Notes under the pieces: generated by a model
Database searches by the model: none
Told to the model about the DNA's origin: nothing
The model's input: the letters and a program-made list of their open reading frames with translations, nothing else
Assembly: GCF_963921235.1 (NCBI RefSeq)
Contig: NC_086097.1
Coordinates: forward strand, 123,010,001-123,074,000
Origin: Mobula hypostoma
Lineage: Eukaryota
Reading direction: 5' to 3'
Length of the DNA: 64,000 bases
Program-made: the position numbers and the translations under genes
In this document: piece after piece, positions 26,396 through 38,684 of the stretch
Layout: every line of letters starts with the position of its first letter
How positions within the stretch are numbered: position 1 is the first letter of the stretch

Positions 26396-27031
26396 GTGTC
26401 GCATTTGTATAAGGCTAAAATTTAGGTACACAAGGTATATTGGAAGCTGAAGTCTAAACGTTTCAGTACTGTTACTTTCACCTGCTTCCTTAGAAGCCTA
26501 TAGAAGTTTGGCATGTTCCCATCGAGCCTTGCCAGTTTTTATTGATGCACCATAGAAAGCATCCTATCCAGTTACATCACGGCTGGGTACGGCAACTGAT
26601 CTGCACATGACAGTGTTTTAGACACAGCTGGGCAGATTACCGAAACCCGCATAGACTCCATCTGCACTTCTCTGCCTCAGTAAAACAGCCAGCATAATTC
26701 AAGACCACACCCATTCTGGACATTCTCCCTTCTCCCTTCTCTCATTGGCAGAAGGTATAAAGTCTGAAAGGATGGTCCATCAGGTTCAAGGACCTACTCT
26801 GCTGTTATAAGACAGTTGATGGATCGCTGCTAAAATAGATAGGTTCTCGTCCTCACAATCTACCTCATTATGATCTTGCACGACACTACACTTTATCTGT
26901 AGCTGTTATACCTTATGTCCTCAGTGCACTATGGAATGATTTTATCTGTGTGAACAACATGCAAGACAAGCTATTCCCTGTATCTCAACAATAATCCGTT
27001 TCTGATTCCAATTACATTGTGGTCGCAGAAA

Positions 27032-27571
27032 CACTTTATTTGGTACCTAATAAAGTGGCCACGGGGTGTACGTTCATGGTCTTCTGCTGCTGTAGCCCAT
27101 CCACTTCAAAGTTCAATGTGTTGTGTATTCGTAGATGCTCTTCTACACAACACTGCTGTAAGCGTGTGGTTACGTAAGCTACTGTTGCCTCTTGTCAACT
27201 TGAACCAGTCTGGCCATTGTCCTCTAATCTCTTTCACTAACAATGCATCTTCACCCTCAGAACTGCCGCTCACGAGATGCTTTTAGTTTTTCACACCATT
27301 CTCTGTAAACTCTAGAGACTGCTGTGTCTGAAAATCCCAGGAGATCAATAGTTTCCTGAGATACTCAAACTACCCCATCTGGCACCAACAACCAGTCCAC
27401 AGTCAACTTAGATTTGTTTCCCATTCTGATGTTTGGTCTGAATAACAATTGAACCTCTTGACCATGTCTGTATGCCTTTATGCATTGAGTTACTGCCATA
27501 TGATTGGCTGAGTACATATTCGCATTAACAAGCAGGTGTATAGGTGTAACTAGTAAACTGCTAACTGAGCG
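27032..27571 (-). mobile_element. Tc1-derived MITE family copy (left end truncated)
   Basis: Shares the TIR CACTCAGTGGCCACTTTATTAGGTAC and internal sequence with the copies at 29551, 44281, 49056 and 51437. Confidence 0.8.
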
Positions 27572-28194
27572 TAGTATAACACAAATGTCCTTCTCTCAAA
27601 ACTGTTTAACAGTCAGGACCAAAACAGTATAAGGTTCTGCTCCTCTCTGGTAATTGTACTATGATTCTCATCTCTTATCAGTTCAGTTCCAGTGGCATGA
27701 AAAGAAAAAGATTAATGAAATGGTTTGTGTATTTGTGTTAATTGTTGATGTCTTTTAGAGAGAAACACAGATGCGGGGGGTGGAATAATGCGGTATAGTC
27801 AAAATATGTTATTGAACAATTTCGGATTTTACTGCACAAGCTTACGCTGATAACATTTATTTTGGTGTTTTACCAATTTGGTTTAAACATAAGAGGCGGT
27901 ATATAACTTGGTAGAAAATCCTTGACATAACATTATCAGAATAGTGCAAGTGATGGCAGCCTGTTACCGAGCTGCAGCTCTAAAAATAAAATTCATTATG
28001 ATACAGTGCATTGATTATATTTTCATATATTCCATAGGATTACTGTTAAGAATAACGATGATATCATGTATTCCATTAAATTACCATGATCTGTGTATTA
28101 TACAACAGGATTATATTTTCTCTAGCAAGCAAGGCTTCTGTGTCTTGTTTTATAGCGTCAGAGGAAATGAGAGTGGCTGACGCGGCATTCAAAC

Positions 28195-28339
28195 CTAATG
28201 GGATGCCTGTGCTGAAGACTGCCAAGGAGGCAGCTGCTGTCAGCAACAGAGCTGAGGGAAAATACGTCCACAAAGGGAGTTGTGCTATGTAAAGCCGCAG
28301 CAGCAAAGACCAAGTGGTGCGAAAACATTGCAAGTATCC
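28195..28339 (-). CDS. putative internal exon of the minus-strand gene (3' boundary ambiguous: 28195 or 28085)
   Basis: Acceptor ttttgtcctttcatacag|GG. The phase-1 frame GILAMFSHHLVFAAAALHSTTPFVDVFSLSSVADSSCLLGSLQHRHPI ends at AG|gtttga and joins the terminal exon in phase 2. An alternative phase-0 frame is open to ATG|gtaatt at 28085. Confidence 0.5.
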
Positions 28340-29550
28340 CTGTATGAAAGGACAAAACAAAATGAAAACTTAGAAAACAACAATAAACGCAAACTGGCTT
28401 CTTTAAAACCGGAGTTCTGAAGGTCAGAAAATTGGCCATAAGACAGGACACCAAATTGGACGCCATCAATTGGTCCTAGGACCTACTTACAGCATCAGAA
28501 AAATCACTGCTTTCTGAGGAAGCCTCCAAGAATTTGTACGCCTGAATTTCGTGAGTCATGATTATTTGTCATGTGTAGATTGAAACATATAGGGAAATGT
28601 GTCATTTGTATGAACCATCAACACAGCTGAGGGTGTGCTGGGAGTAGCCTGCAAGTGTCGCCATGCACTCCAGTGCTAACAGAGCATGGCCACAACGCTC
28701 GGCAGAACAGAAAAAAACAGCCAAAAAATTCTGTTTCTCCCTCCCACCCACACACGCCTTCCTGATACTGCAGATTATTTAGTATCAACCAGTGACCTTT
28801 ACACAAATAAAACGATTTCAAAGTCAATTTATCAGTACCAGCCACAGTATGTAATGCTAAATACATCTTAAAATCAAATTGTCAGACTGAAGCAAGTGCA
28901 GCAAGATAAACAAGAGATTCAAGCCTTTTATCTAGGACATTTTCAAAATAGGCTCATGGTAGACCATGGGAAAATATTATCCTTTAATTAAATTTATGTG
29001 AAGGTTGGCATCTCATAGTTTAATTAGCTATTAGCCTAAGGATATTATGCTGAAATCTAATTGTGAATTCTTATTATAGCTAAAAAGGGAAATGGTCTTA
29101 TTTGGGGTTATAGCAACTCTGACTTGAGGGGTATAATAAATAATATGATTGTTCCAGTGAAACAGACTCAGTGGTAGAGAAAAATAGAAGCTATTTTATT
29201 ACAGATAAAACCTTATGGAAATTCAAACATTATTAACTCTCAGCAGAGGAATCAGCCTACTCTGTTAAACATAAATATTCAGGTTTATTATATATGAAGT
29301 ATTTATTTTGTGCCCAATTCTCCAATTTATTGATTTGGTTGTTATACATTAATTAATGAGTCCAAGGCATTATTTTTATGCTTAAATAATGCATTCAATT
29401 GGGATCTACACCTAAACCCTCTGGCACCTTTTGTTTTGCCATTGGAATGACTTTTTTGTTTCAAAGAATCAACTACAAATACTATATTTCAGCAAGAGAA
29501 GAACCAGAGCAAAGAACATCAGATTAAAGGTTATGGGCCCAGCGAAAATA

Positions 29551-30085
29551 TACTCAGTAGCTACTTTACACCTGCTCATTAAAGCAAATATTTAATCAGT
29601 CAATCATGTGGCAGCAACTCAATGCATAAAAGCATGCACACTGGGTCAAGAGGTTCACTTGTAGTTCAGACCAAACATCAGAATGGAGAAGGAATGTGAT
29701 CTAAATGACTTTGTTTGTGGAAAGTTTGTTGGCGCCAGAGATGGTGGTTTGAGTCTCTCAGAAACTGCACATCTCCAGTCTCTACAGTTTACGGAGAATG
29801 GTACGAAAAATACAAAAAAATCCAATGAGTAGCAGTTCAGTGGGCGGAAATGCCTTGTTGATGAGAGAGGTCAGAAGAGAATGGCCAGACTGGTTCAAGC
29901 TGACAGGAAGGTGACAGTAACTCAAATAACCTCACATTACAACAGTGGTGTGCAGAAGAGCATCTTTGAATGCAGACACATCAAACCTTGAAGTGGATGG
30001 GCTGCAGCAGCAGAAGACCACAAACATACACTCGATGGCCTCTTTTTTCGGAAGAGGAGGTACCAAATAAAGTAACCACTGAGTG
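29551..30085 (+). mobile_element. Tc1-derived MITE family copy
   Basis: TA|TACTCAGTAGCTACTTTA ... TAAAGTAACCACTGAGTG|TA; decayed transposase N-terminus inside. Confidence 0.85.
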
Positions 30086-30279
30086 TATATTACCACAACA
30101 AAAGAAAGAGAGAATAAGCAACACTTTATTCGAAGTCTGAGCACCAGAGAAAATATAGGACAAGAAAGCCACTGTTCCCACCATGTTCTACTTTAAAGTT
30201 TAATTGAAAATTGTCCAGGATTAAATTATAATTTAAGATATTATTCCATATGGTGGGTGTTTTAGAGACCATAGTCATA

Positions 30280-31235
30280 ATGTCATAGAAACAGGCCCTT
30301 CTGCTGATTCCGAACTCTTATTCTGTCTAGTCCCGTCAACCTGCACCTGGAGCATAGCCCTCCATTACCCTCCCATTCATGTACCTATCCAAATAAATGT
30401 TGAAATCAAACCCGCATCCACCTCTTTCTCTGGCAGCTCATTACACACTCTCACCACCCTCTGAGTGAAGAAGATTCCCTTCACGCATTTCACCTTCCAC
30501 CTTTAACCTATGACCTCTGGTTCTAGTCTCATCCAACCTCAGTGGAAAAAACCTGCTTGCATTTACTCCATCTATACCTCTCATAATTTTGCATACCTCA
30601 TTCAAATCTCCAAGGAAATAAAAAGTCCTAATATATTCAACCTTTCCATATTACTCAGGTTCTCAATTCCCAGTAACATCATTATAAATTTTCTCTGCAT
30701 TCTTTCAAATTTATTTGTATCTTTCCTGTAGGTAGGTGACCAGAACTGCATACAATACTCCACATTAGGCCTTACCAACATCTTATACAACTTCAATGTA
30801 ACATCCAGGAATTAAAGGGTTAACATGAGGAGTGTTTGATGGCTCTGGGCCTGTACTTGCTGAAGTTTAGAATTACGAGGAGTGACCGCATTGAAACCAA
30901 ATATTGAAAGTCCTAGATAGTGTGGCTTTCAATAGTGGAGAAGTCTAGGACCAGAGTGCATGGTCTGAGAATACAAGAACATCCTACTGGAACAGAGATG
31001 AGGAGGAATTTGTTTAGCCAGAGGGTAGTGGATCTATGGAATTCATTGCCACATACAACTGTGGAAACCAAATCACTGGGTGTATTTAACACTAAGGTTG
31101 ATAGGTTCTTGATTAGTAAGGGCATCAAAGGAAGGCAGGAGACTGGGGTTTAGTGGGATAATAAATTAGCAATGATGGAATGACAGAGCAGACTCGAAGG
31201 GCGGAACGGCCTACTTCTCCTCACATGTCTTATGG
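30280..31235. mobile_element. two CR1 3' fragments joined head to head (30280-30805 minus, 30806-31235 plus)
   Basis: Minus-strand KLYKMLVRPNVEYCMQFWSP; plus-strand EMRRNLFSQRVVDLWNSLP. Confidence 0.75.
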
Positions 31236-31499
31236 CCCTTGGACAACGGTGACTAAATAATCGAATCTATGTAGGTATTTAATGAGTTTGATATGTTTTA
31301 AAGAATAAAAACCCATGTGGCTTTCATTGAGTGTTTACTCAAGCTTCATATCCTCTACACCGTGTGGAGTGAGTTTTGACTCATTATTACTGGTTGACTG
31401 TTGAGAACTACCCAGACACCAGATACTGTTGTCAATAAAGAATGTTTGCTTTAGTAACTTTATCCTTCTCCCTTGGCTGTCTTGGAGATCGATTTCCTA

Positions 31500-33080
31500 A
31501 GAGATAGGATGTACCTTTTACTGTTGCTCTGGAAAGCAGTCTTATTACCCTACCCTTCTCCTTATTCTGTACATGCTCCCCTTAGGAGTCATCATTAGAG
31601 AGCATAAACTTGATTTCCACAGTTGAACAGATGACACACAATTGTAAATCCCGGTTGAGCCTGATGATGATAACACCCTATCTTCTCTGATTCTTGGTAT
31701 GGCTGCAATAATCAAAATGGATGAGCAATAATTTCATCAAACTAAATGAAGATAAGACTGAAATCTTTTTGATTGGCCTGAAAGCCAAAAGAGATAAAAC
31801 TGGAAACTTGACTCCCTTTGTAAAACCAGAAGTAACAAACCTGGTTTTATTATCCTTGATTCAGATTTGAATTTCAAATCCCACATTAAAAAAGTGACCA
31901 GAGTGGCATTTTTACACATAAGAAATATTATAAATGTATGTCCATTTCTGTCACATAATGATGCTGAAAAACTAATTTACGCCTTTATATCGAATAGACT
32001 AGATTACTGGTATGTACTCTTTACAGGCCTTCCACAGCAATCTACTGACACTGACAAACTTCAACCTATTCAGTACACCGCTGCTGGACTTTTAACTAAA
32101 ACCAGAATGAGGGAGCATATCACCCCTGCCTAGCTACTCTGTGTCTTTTAGAATTGATCTTGCTTGTTTTTAAAGCTCTCAATGGTCTGGGACCAGAGTA
32201 TATCACAGAACTGCTTTCATTCTATAATCCTGCTCGAGCTCTCAGATCTTCTTCTGCCGGTCTCTTAAATTCCAACAATTTCCCTATAAAGGTAATTGGC
32301 TGGTCAGCTTTTTTGAACTACGCTCCGAAACTATGGGAGTTGAATACCTACGAGGGGTGATTGATAAGTTTGTGGCCTGTGGAGGGAGTCGATTATAGAA
32401 AACCTAGCACATCTATTTTTCAACATAGTCCCCTCTTACATTTATACACTTACTCCAGTGGTTGTGGAGCATACGGATCTTGGATCTCCAGAAAGTGTCC
32501 ACAGCAGGCGTGATTGATAAGTTTGTGGCCTAAGGTAGAAGGAGATGAGTTATACAGCTCTCTTTACATGCACATGCAGTTCAACTCCTTGAGTGATTAT
32601 GCAGAAAGTTTGAAGTTAATAACTCATCAGGGGTGATTGATAAGTTTGTGGCCTAAGGTAGAAGGAGATGAGTTATACAGCTCTCTTTACATGCACATGC
32701 AGTTCAACTCTTTCAGTGATTATGCAGAAAGTTTGAAATTAATAACTCATCAGGGGTGATTGATAAGTGTGTGGCTTAAGGTAGAAGGAGATGAGTTATT
32801 AACTTCAAACTTTCGGTATAATCACTCAAAGAGTTGAACTGCATGTGCATGTAAAGAAAGCTGTATAACTGTATAACTACCTTATTCCACAAACTTATCA
32901 ATCACCCCTCGTAAAACTGTAAGGGATGCAGATTCAGTTGACACTTTTAAACAGCAGCTCAAAACCTGTTTGTTTACCTCACATCTTTTTGTCTTATAGT
33001 TTCATGTTTACACTTTATCCCTCTGTAATGAACTTTGATCTACATCGCCTGTATGAAAATAACAAGTTGTTATTATTACT
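31500..33080 (+). mobile_element. L2-clade LINE 3' fragment, interrupted by a mariner MITE
   Basis: DDTQL, LNEDKTEI, NFKSHIKKVTRVAFLHIRNI, AEKLIYAFISNRLDY, ILLVFKALNGLGPEYI and YAPKLW motifs; (TTA)n tail. Confidence 0.85.
32351..32911. mobile_element. mariner-type MITE with internal 123-bp tandem units
   Basis: TA|CGAGGGGTGATTGATAAGTTTGTGG ... CCACAAACTTATCAATCACCCCTCG|TA; repeat units start at 32505, 32628 and 32751. Confidence 0.9.
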
Positions 33081-34442
33081 GTCTTAACAAGCAGCAACAC
33101 AGATCAACCTAATCCTGTATCCGAGAGCTGTCACAAAGTATCTGTGCTTTATCAGACTGTGTGTCTTCTGTAGCTGAGCACCCTGACGAGCAAAGCAGAG
33201 GCTACAAAGTGAGCAGGGATACCTGCTGACCACGTGGCTCTTCATTCTGGCAGGCAGCCGCGCACTCAAACGCAACAAGTGTACAGCCAATGCCTTGCTC
33301 CCAAGCACGATGTCACAGTGTGTGGACACCTCACAAATATATTAGGACATTCGGACAGTATGGAACAAGGACCACCACCCCCTCCCCCGCACATGCTGGA
33401 GGATATGTGCAATATTTGGCTGTGCGCATCACATCAATGGTGGCCTGTTGTGTGAGGCCCTTCCTTTATGGGGGAAAGGCAGTTTCAATTATGCGGGGGA
33501 GCAACTACAGAATGTGGAGAGAAAGGGAAGGAAGAGGAAAGGGAGAGGCCATGTGGCAACCCAACATCGAATGAGTTCATAACCATCTTAAGTGCAGAGG
33601 ATAATTCTACTCAGTAGTGGCAACCTTGCATCTGAGTTAAAGACTGTGGATTCAAGTGGTACTTCAGATTTAACAGTTTACATTAATAATTGTGTGCAGT
33701 ACCAGGGGAAATCCTGCACGGTTCTGTTGCTAATACAAAATGTTGAATTGTAGACTCATCTGCTGGGGATGAAAAGACTGCAAGACATTAGAGTCCCGAT
33801 GAAGGATTTTGGCCCGAAATGTCTACTGTTGATTACCCTCCATGACTTGCTGAGTTTATCCAGCATTTGTGTAAGTGTTGCTCAAGATTTCCAGCATCTG
33901 CAAAATCTCTTGCTTGCTAGACATAATCTGACTAATTTCCTGACCAACATTTATCCTTTGACCAAAGGCAATAAAGCAGCTTTGGCGAGGAATACTTCAA
34001 CGCATTTAAGAAAATTCTGGTTTAAGATGGCACTGGTGAATCTCAACAACTTCTGGCTGGTGGCCGATGAAACAAAGAAAACAACTAAATACTTTGTTAA
34101 TCACTATTTTTCTGGTAAACTTCCCTTTGGATTTGAAGGCAATTCATTGCAGCAGAACCGAGGTAAGACGAGGCAGCAGGCCTGTTGCCAAGAGCAAGGA
34201 AGAACCCAGGTTCGATCGATTCCTGTCAGTTAAGCTTCATAGACTAATGTTTTGACTTCGTATAAAGATATGGAGCCACTTGCCCAACTTAGGAATGTTT
34301 GTTTTGGTAACGTGTTGTAACTTTTTTCCCCGATGGGATGCAATGGAAGATTCGAGAGGGCTGGGCGGGATCAGATTTCTGAAGGACAGTAGCCTGGTTT
34401 GGAGCCTTTTGTGATGAGCTGCAGAGAAGAGCACAAGGGGAA

Positions 34443-35818
34443 TATCATGGTCCGGATCGGGGTCCCTTTAAATTTACCTTGTTTATGTTACGATCTGGAC
34501 CCTGTTTTCTCGTGTCCCTCGGCTATGGTGATTAGAGGCAATTAACACGCGGCTGAACCGGTAGTTTATAGTCTCTGGCTTTCAGCTGTTCGGCACAGGA
34601 GCATCTGCAAAGTCATCCAAGGTACGGTGTGCCGATGTCATCTGGCCGGAGCAAGCCTAGTCTCTGCCGAAGCGAGTACCAGTAATTCACCCTTCCTCAC
34701 CGGAGCAACCCTGTCCAGTTACCTCGCCAAAGCGAGTCTGCAAAGTTTCCTCACCGAGGTGGGTCCATCAGTTAACCCGTCGGAGGGAATCAAGAACCGC
34801 TGTCTACTGTTCCTGGGCCGAGTCGAGAGCTTGCCAGTACCCGGAGGCTCCAAGTCAAGTCCTGGCTCCAGCGGCATTCAAGCTCCAAGTCAACCAAGTC
34901 AAGTCCTGGCCCTGGCGGCTTTCAAGCACCAAGTCAAGTCCTGGCCCTGGCCGCATTCAAGCATCAAGTCAAGTCCTGGCTCTGGCCGCATTCAAGCACC
35001 AAGTCAAGTCCTGGCCCTGGCGGTCTGTGATTCCTGCCCTACCCCTTGTCTGAATCCCTTCTCTGCCCCTCTTGCCTCTAGCCTTCATCTGCAGCCCCGG
35101 CCTGCACTTCGGTCTAGTTCCATCACCAGAGCTAGATAGGTACTGTCTGGTGTTCATTCGTGTTGGTCTTGTCTTGTCTTCTCCTCGCTCTGTGGGGTAA
35201 GTCAGGCTGTCCTGTCATTGCTCCGCGGGGGGTCATGTTCTGTCTTGTCTTGTCCTCGCCTCCGTGGGGTAAGTCAGGCCATCTTGCCGTTGCCCCACGG
35301 AGGGTCATGAGTCCCGGCCCTATGTCCTGTACCCAAGGAGGAGTCCCGGCTCTCTGTTCTGTGTGCGAGTCCCGGCCCTATGTCCTGTACCCAAGGAGGG
35401 GTCCCAACTCTGTGTTCTGTGTATATGTCCACGGTTCCATGTACCTGCTCTCCTGAGACCGAGGCTCTGTGTTCCCATGTTCCTCCTCTCCCTAGCCCAT
35501 GTCATGTCCATGCCTGGTTCTGGGGTCCGAGCCCGAGACAAGACCCAGGTACTGGGTCCTTGCCCAGTCTCTGGCTCGGAGTCCATACCCTAGCCTCTTC
35601 ATGTCTCCTCTAGTTCTGGGAGCCAGTTCCGAGTCCAAACCCAGACCCTTGGTCCCAGCCTAGTCGTAGTCCTGAGTCCTTGACCAGTTCGCTATTTCCT
35701 GCTCCTGCCTAGCTCTCCTGGTATCAAACAATAGACTAAATCTAAGTAACCTCACAAGATGTGTCTTGCATTTGGGTCCACTCTTGCTCCCAATGCCCCC
35801 CACCCCCCCAGTGTGACA
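34443..35818 (+). mobile_element. probable solo LTR with internal tandem repeats
   Basis: Termini TATCATGG (decayed TGTCAC) and GTGACA, with 5-bp flanks GGGAA/GGGAG. GC-rich, TATA-like TTTATA near 34565, no coding capacity. Confidence 0.65.
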
Positions 35819-36666
35819 GGGAGATGCTCGAAGAAAGAGTGCTTTGTGCAGGTGAATGAAAACTTTGCATGGGGCAGTATTTACACAGCATTCACCACAA
35901 TTTTCATTCCCTCATCAGAACATCCAACTTTTCAGTTTAGTTGAAACCAAATCATACTGACCCTAGACACCTGTTGCCTATTGAAAGTGGCCTTCTGAAG
36001 GCTGAGTCACATGGCTTTTAGCAGAGTTAGATAACAAGCCACGTTTGTTACAAGCCATGGTGAGAGGGATACACAATATTGTACCGTGTACCAACCCAGG
36101 TTTCTAGGTGGCAAGTAAAGGCCTCGTGCATACAAAAAAAATGAAAGGCCTTGCCTCTGATTTCAGATGCATCTGTGCCGGATAGACATCATGGAAGAAT
36201 CAACCAACAGAACAAATTGACAGTGGGGAGAGATGATCAATATGGGAAAACCAGAGCTCATGAAGGAATGATCCTGACAGGGAGAGAAATTGGAGCACGT
36301 AAATAGAAGGAGGAATGGACGAAGCAAGTGGGGAGATAATCTGAAGAATGGGCAAGGAGTTGACTGTAAGTTGCAGAAAGCAGTTGGTGGGGAAACCAAG
36401 GAAAGCAACTGACTGGGGAGATGTTTGAAGGAATCGATTGCGAATGCATCAAGGAAACGTTGGAGAGGGGCCAAGGTGAAATACAGCAATATTTCACCTT
36501 CAACAAAAAGGCAGTTATCTTATTAGTGTTCTGTGCCTCTAGAAATATAACAACAAGGTTGATCCTCCCATATTGTAAGTCTCAAATTTATAATACTGGA
36601 GGTGTGCTGAACTTATGATGTGTTTTTAGGTGGCAGTTTCAATATCACACTTGTTTGTAAATGCCT

Positions 36667-36704
36667 GAGTCCTGATGAAGGGCTATGGCCTGAAACGTTG
36701 ACTC
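36667..36704 (+). ncRNA. minimal type-I hammerhead ribozyme motif (Penelope-type)
   Basis: GAGTC-CTGATGA-AGGGCTATGGCCT-GAAAC-GTT-GACTC: stem I GAGTC/GACTC, intact CUGAUGA and GAAA cores, stem II AGG/CCT, palindromic ACGU in place of stem III, NUH triplet GUU. Confidence 0.7.
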
Positions 36705-36819
36705 TTTATTCCTCTCCATAGATGCTGCCTGACATGCTGAGTTCCTCTAGGACTTTGTGTGTGTCACTCTGGATTTCCACTATCTGGTGAGTCTCTTGTG
36801 TTACAGATGCAAAACTTAC

Positions 36820-37028
36820 CTTTTTGCAATTCTTCAAATAGCGATGGTGCGGAACATAAAACAGCACAGAAGTATTGATCTTGACAGCCAGACTGTCCAG
36901 TGCAAACCCAACCCAAATGCAGATGGGAGGAGAAGAACAAGACTCTGTGTTTGAAATGATCAATGATTGTGTTAATTACTGTTTTCTGTTTCCATCTTAC
37001 CGTGCTAAAAAGGTACATTTTCAGTAGC
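36820..37028 (-). CDS. putative internal exon of the minus-strand gene
   Basis: Acceptor tgtgttctcttcag|G and donor AAG|gtaagt. 209 nt open from phase 2 to phase 1: LLKMYLFSTVRWKQKTVINTIIDHFKHRVLFFSSHLHLGWVCTGQSGCQDQYFCAVLCSAPSLFEELQK. Confidence 0.6.
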
Positions 37029-38155
37029 CTGAAGAGAACACAGACTTCCTCTCCAGACAGCAGGGAGTTAATGGCAGTCAGCCATGAGATGCATATGTTG
37101 GGAAACAGGATGTCTTTGTGTTAATTAAAATCTTCTTGTTTAGGATACCACATGCTTTAGACTGATTACAAGAACCAACAACATTACTGAGCCCTGCTGG
37201 TAAAACTCTCCCACTTTATAAAGTGGTTGGTCATGCAAACACAACTTTATTTCACAGAAACAGGCCCTTCAGCCACAATGTCTGTGCCAAATACTATGCC
37301 AAATTAAATAAATTTCTTCTGTCTGTACATGATCCATGTCCCTCCATTTCCCATTTCCTTCATATTCATGTATCTAGCTAAAAGCCACAAAAATGCTTCT
37401 ATCATGTTGTCTTTGACCACGACCCCAAGCAGTGCATTCCAGGTACACCACATTCTGTGTGAAAAAAAAACTTGTCCTGAATATTTCCTTTAAAATTTTT
37501 CCTGCTCACCTTAAGTGCATGTCAAAGTCAAAGTACATTATTATCCAAGTACATACAGGTCATCATATACTGCCCTGACATTCACTTTCTTGCATGCAAT
37601 CACATCACAGTGGAACAAAAGATATACCATTGAATCAATGAAAAACTACACACAAAGAAAGACCAACAAACAACCAATGTGAAAAAGAAGACAAACCACA
37701 AATAGAAAAATAAATTTTAGATGACATGCCAAATCTGTGCAATTGCCTAAAAAAGTAGAGGCACTGCATTGTGCTGGCTGTTCACTGTCAATGACGATGC
37801 TTGACAATGTTTTTCCTATTAACAGGTGACCAAAACTGTATGCAATACTCCAAGTGCGGAGTCACCAATGGCTTATTTATCATTCCTCAGCACGTCTCCC
37901 TAACTGATCAAGGTCGCATTGCAATTCATTGTAATCTACTTTATTATTAACATGACTCCCGAATTTAGTCTCATCAGCAAACTTGCTGATCGTGTCATGT
38001 GCATTCATTTTCAGATCATTAACATGACTTCAGAACATCAGAGTTTTCAACGCTGACCTCTGGGGCAATAGTGATTCTAGATGTCCTATCAGTCTTTGAA
38101 CCTCTTTGTAACTGTGATAGTGAGCACTCAGTAAACACACTCTGTATACATGCGT

Positions 38156-38158
<3 letters not shown>

Positions 38159-38196
<38 letters not shown>
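38159..38196. repeat. (CA)19 microsatellite
   Basis: Perfect CA dinucleotide run. Confidence 0.95.
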
Positions 38197-38200
<4 letters not shown>

Positions 38201-38684
38201 CTGCCTTGTCATTCTGCTGTCATTGCACTGAGTGTACGCACTTCAATAGATATATTTTTATAATGGGTTCGCTTTAGACTGCCTTCCTGCCATACACTTC
38301 TGAATATTCCATTTCTTTAGTAATGGGGTTGTGTAAATATGTATATATTGTTTGTATACTGTAGCTGTATACTGTGGGGTTCTAATTTATGTGTAGTCTT
38401 TAGTTAACTGTGGGTAATTAAAGGTAGTTCGTTCTGATGTCTAAAAACACAGGGCAGTTCGCTCTCGGTGGGGGGAGAGGAGAGGATAGATATGCCGGGA
38501 TTTCACACTGGGCATTCTATGGAGATATTTATTGTGTTTTCAGGTAGATAACTTTTTGCAAACATTAGCAGTTTTCTTTTCACTAATTTTTGCAAGTTTG
38601 ATTTTTGATGCCCCCGTGCTTGAAAGTTCTACGTGACTCCAGCCATCATTTTTCTTTGGGTCATAACCCACGTACTATAACAGT

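Noticed and set aside
32505..32800. Regularly spaced repeats resembling a CRISPR array
   Set aside because: The spacers are copies of each other, the array lies inside a TA-flanked MITE, the context is eukaryotic and there are no cas genes.
34627..35613. Several 60-170 aa ORFs
   Set aside because: They lie in GC-rich tandem repeats of the solo LTR and show no gag/pol/env motifs.
36160..36530. Possible ancient Penelope GIY-YIG C-terminus (LYFTLAPLQ...)
   Set aside because: The similarity is too weak to support without an alignment.
38319..38682. Possible second solo LTR ending in TATAACA
   Set aside because: No clear TG start and no TSD.
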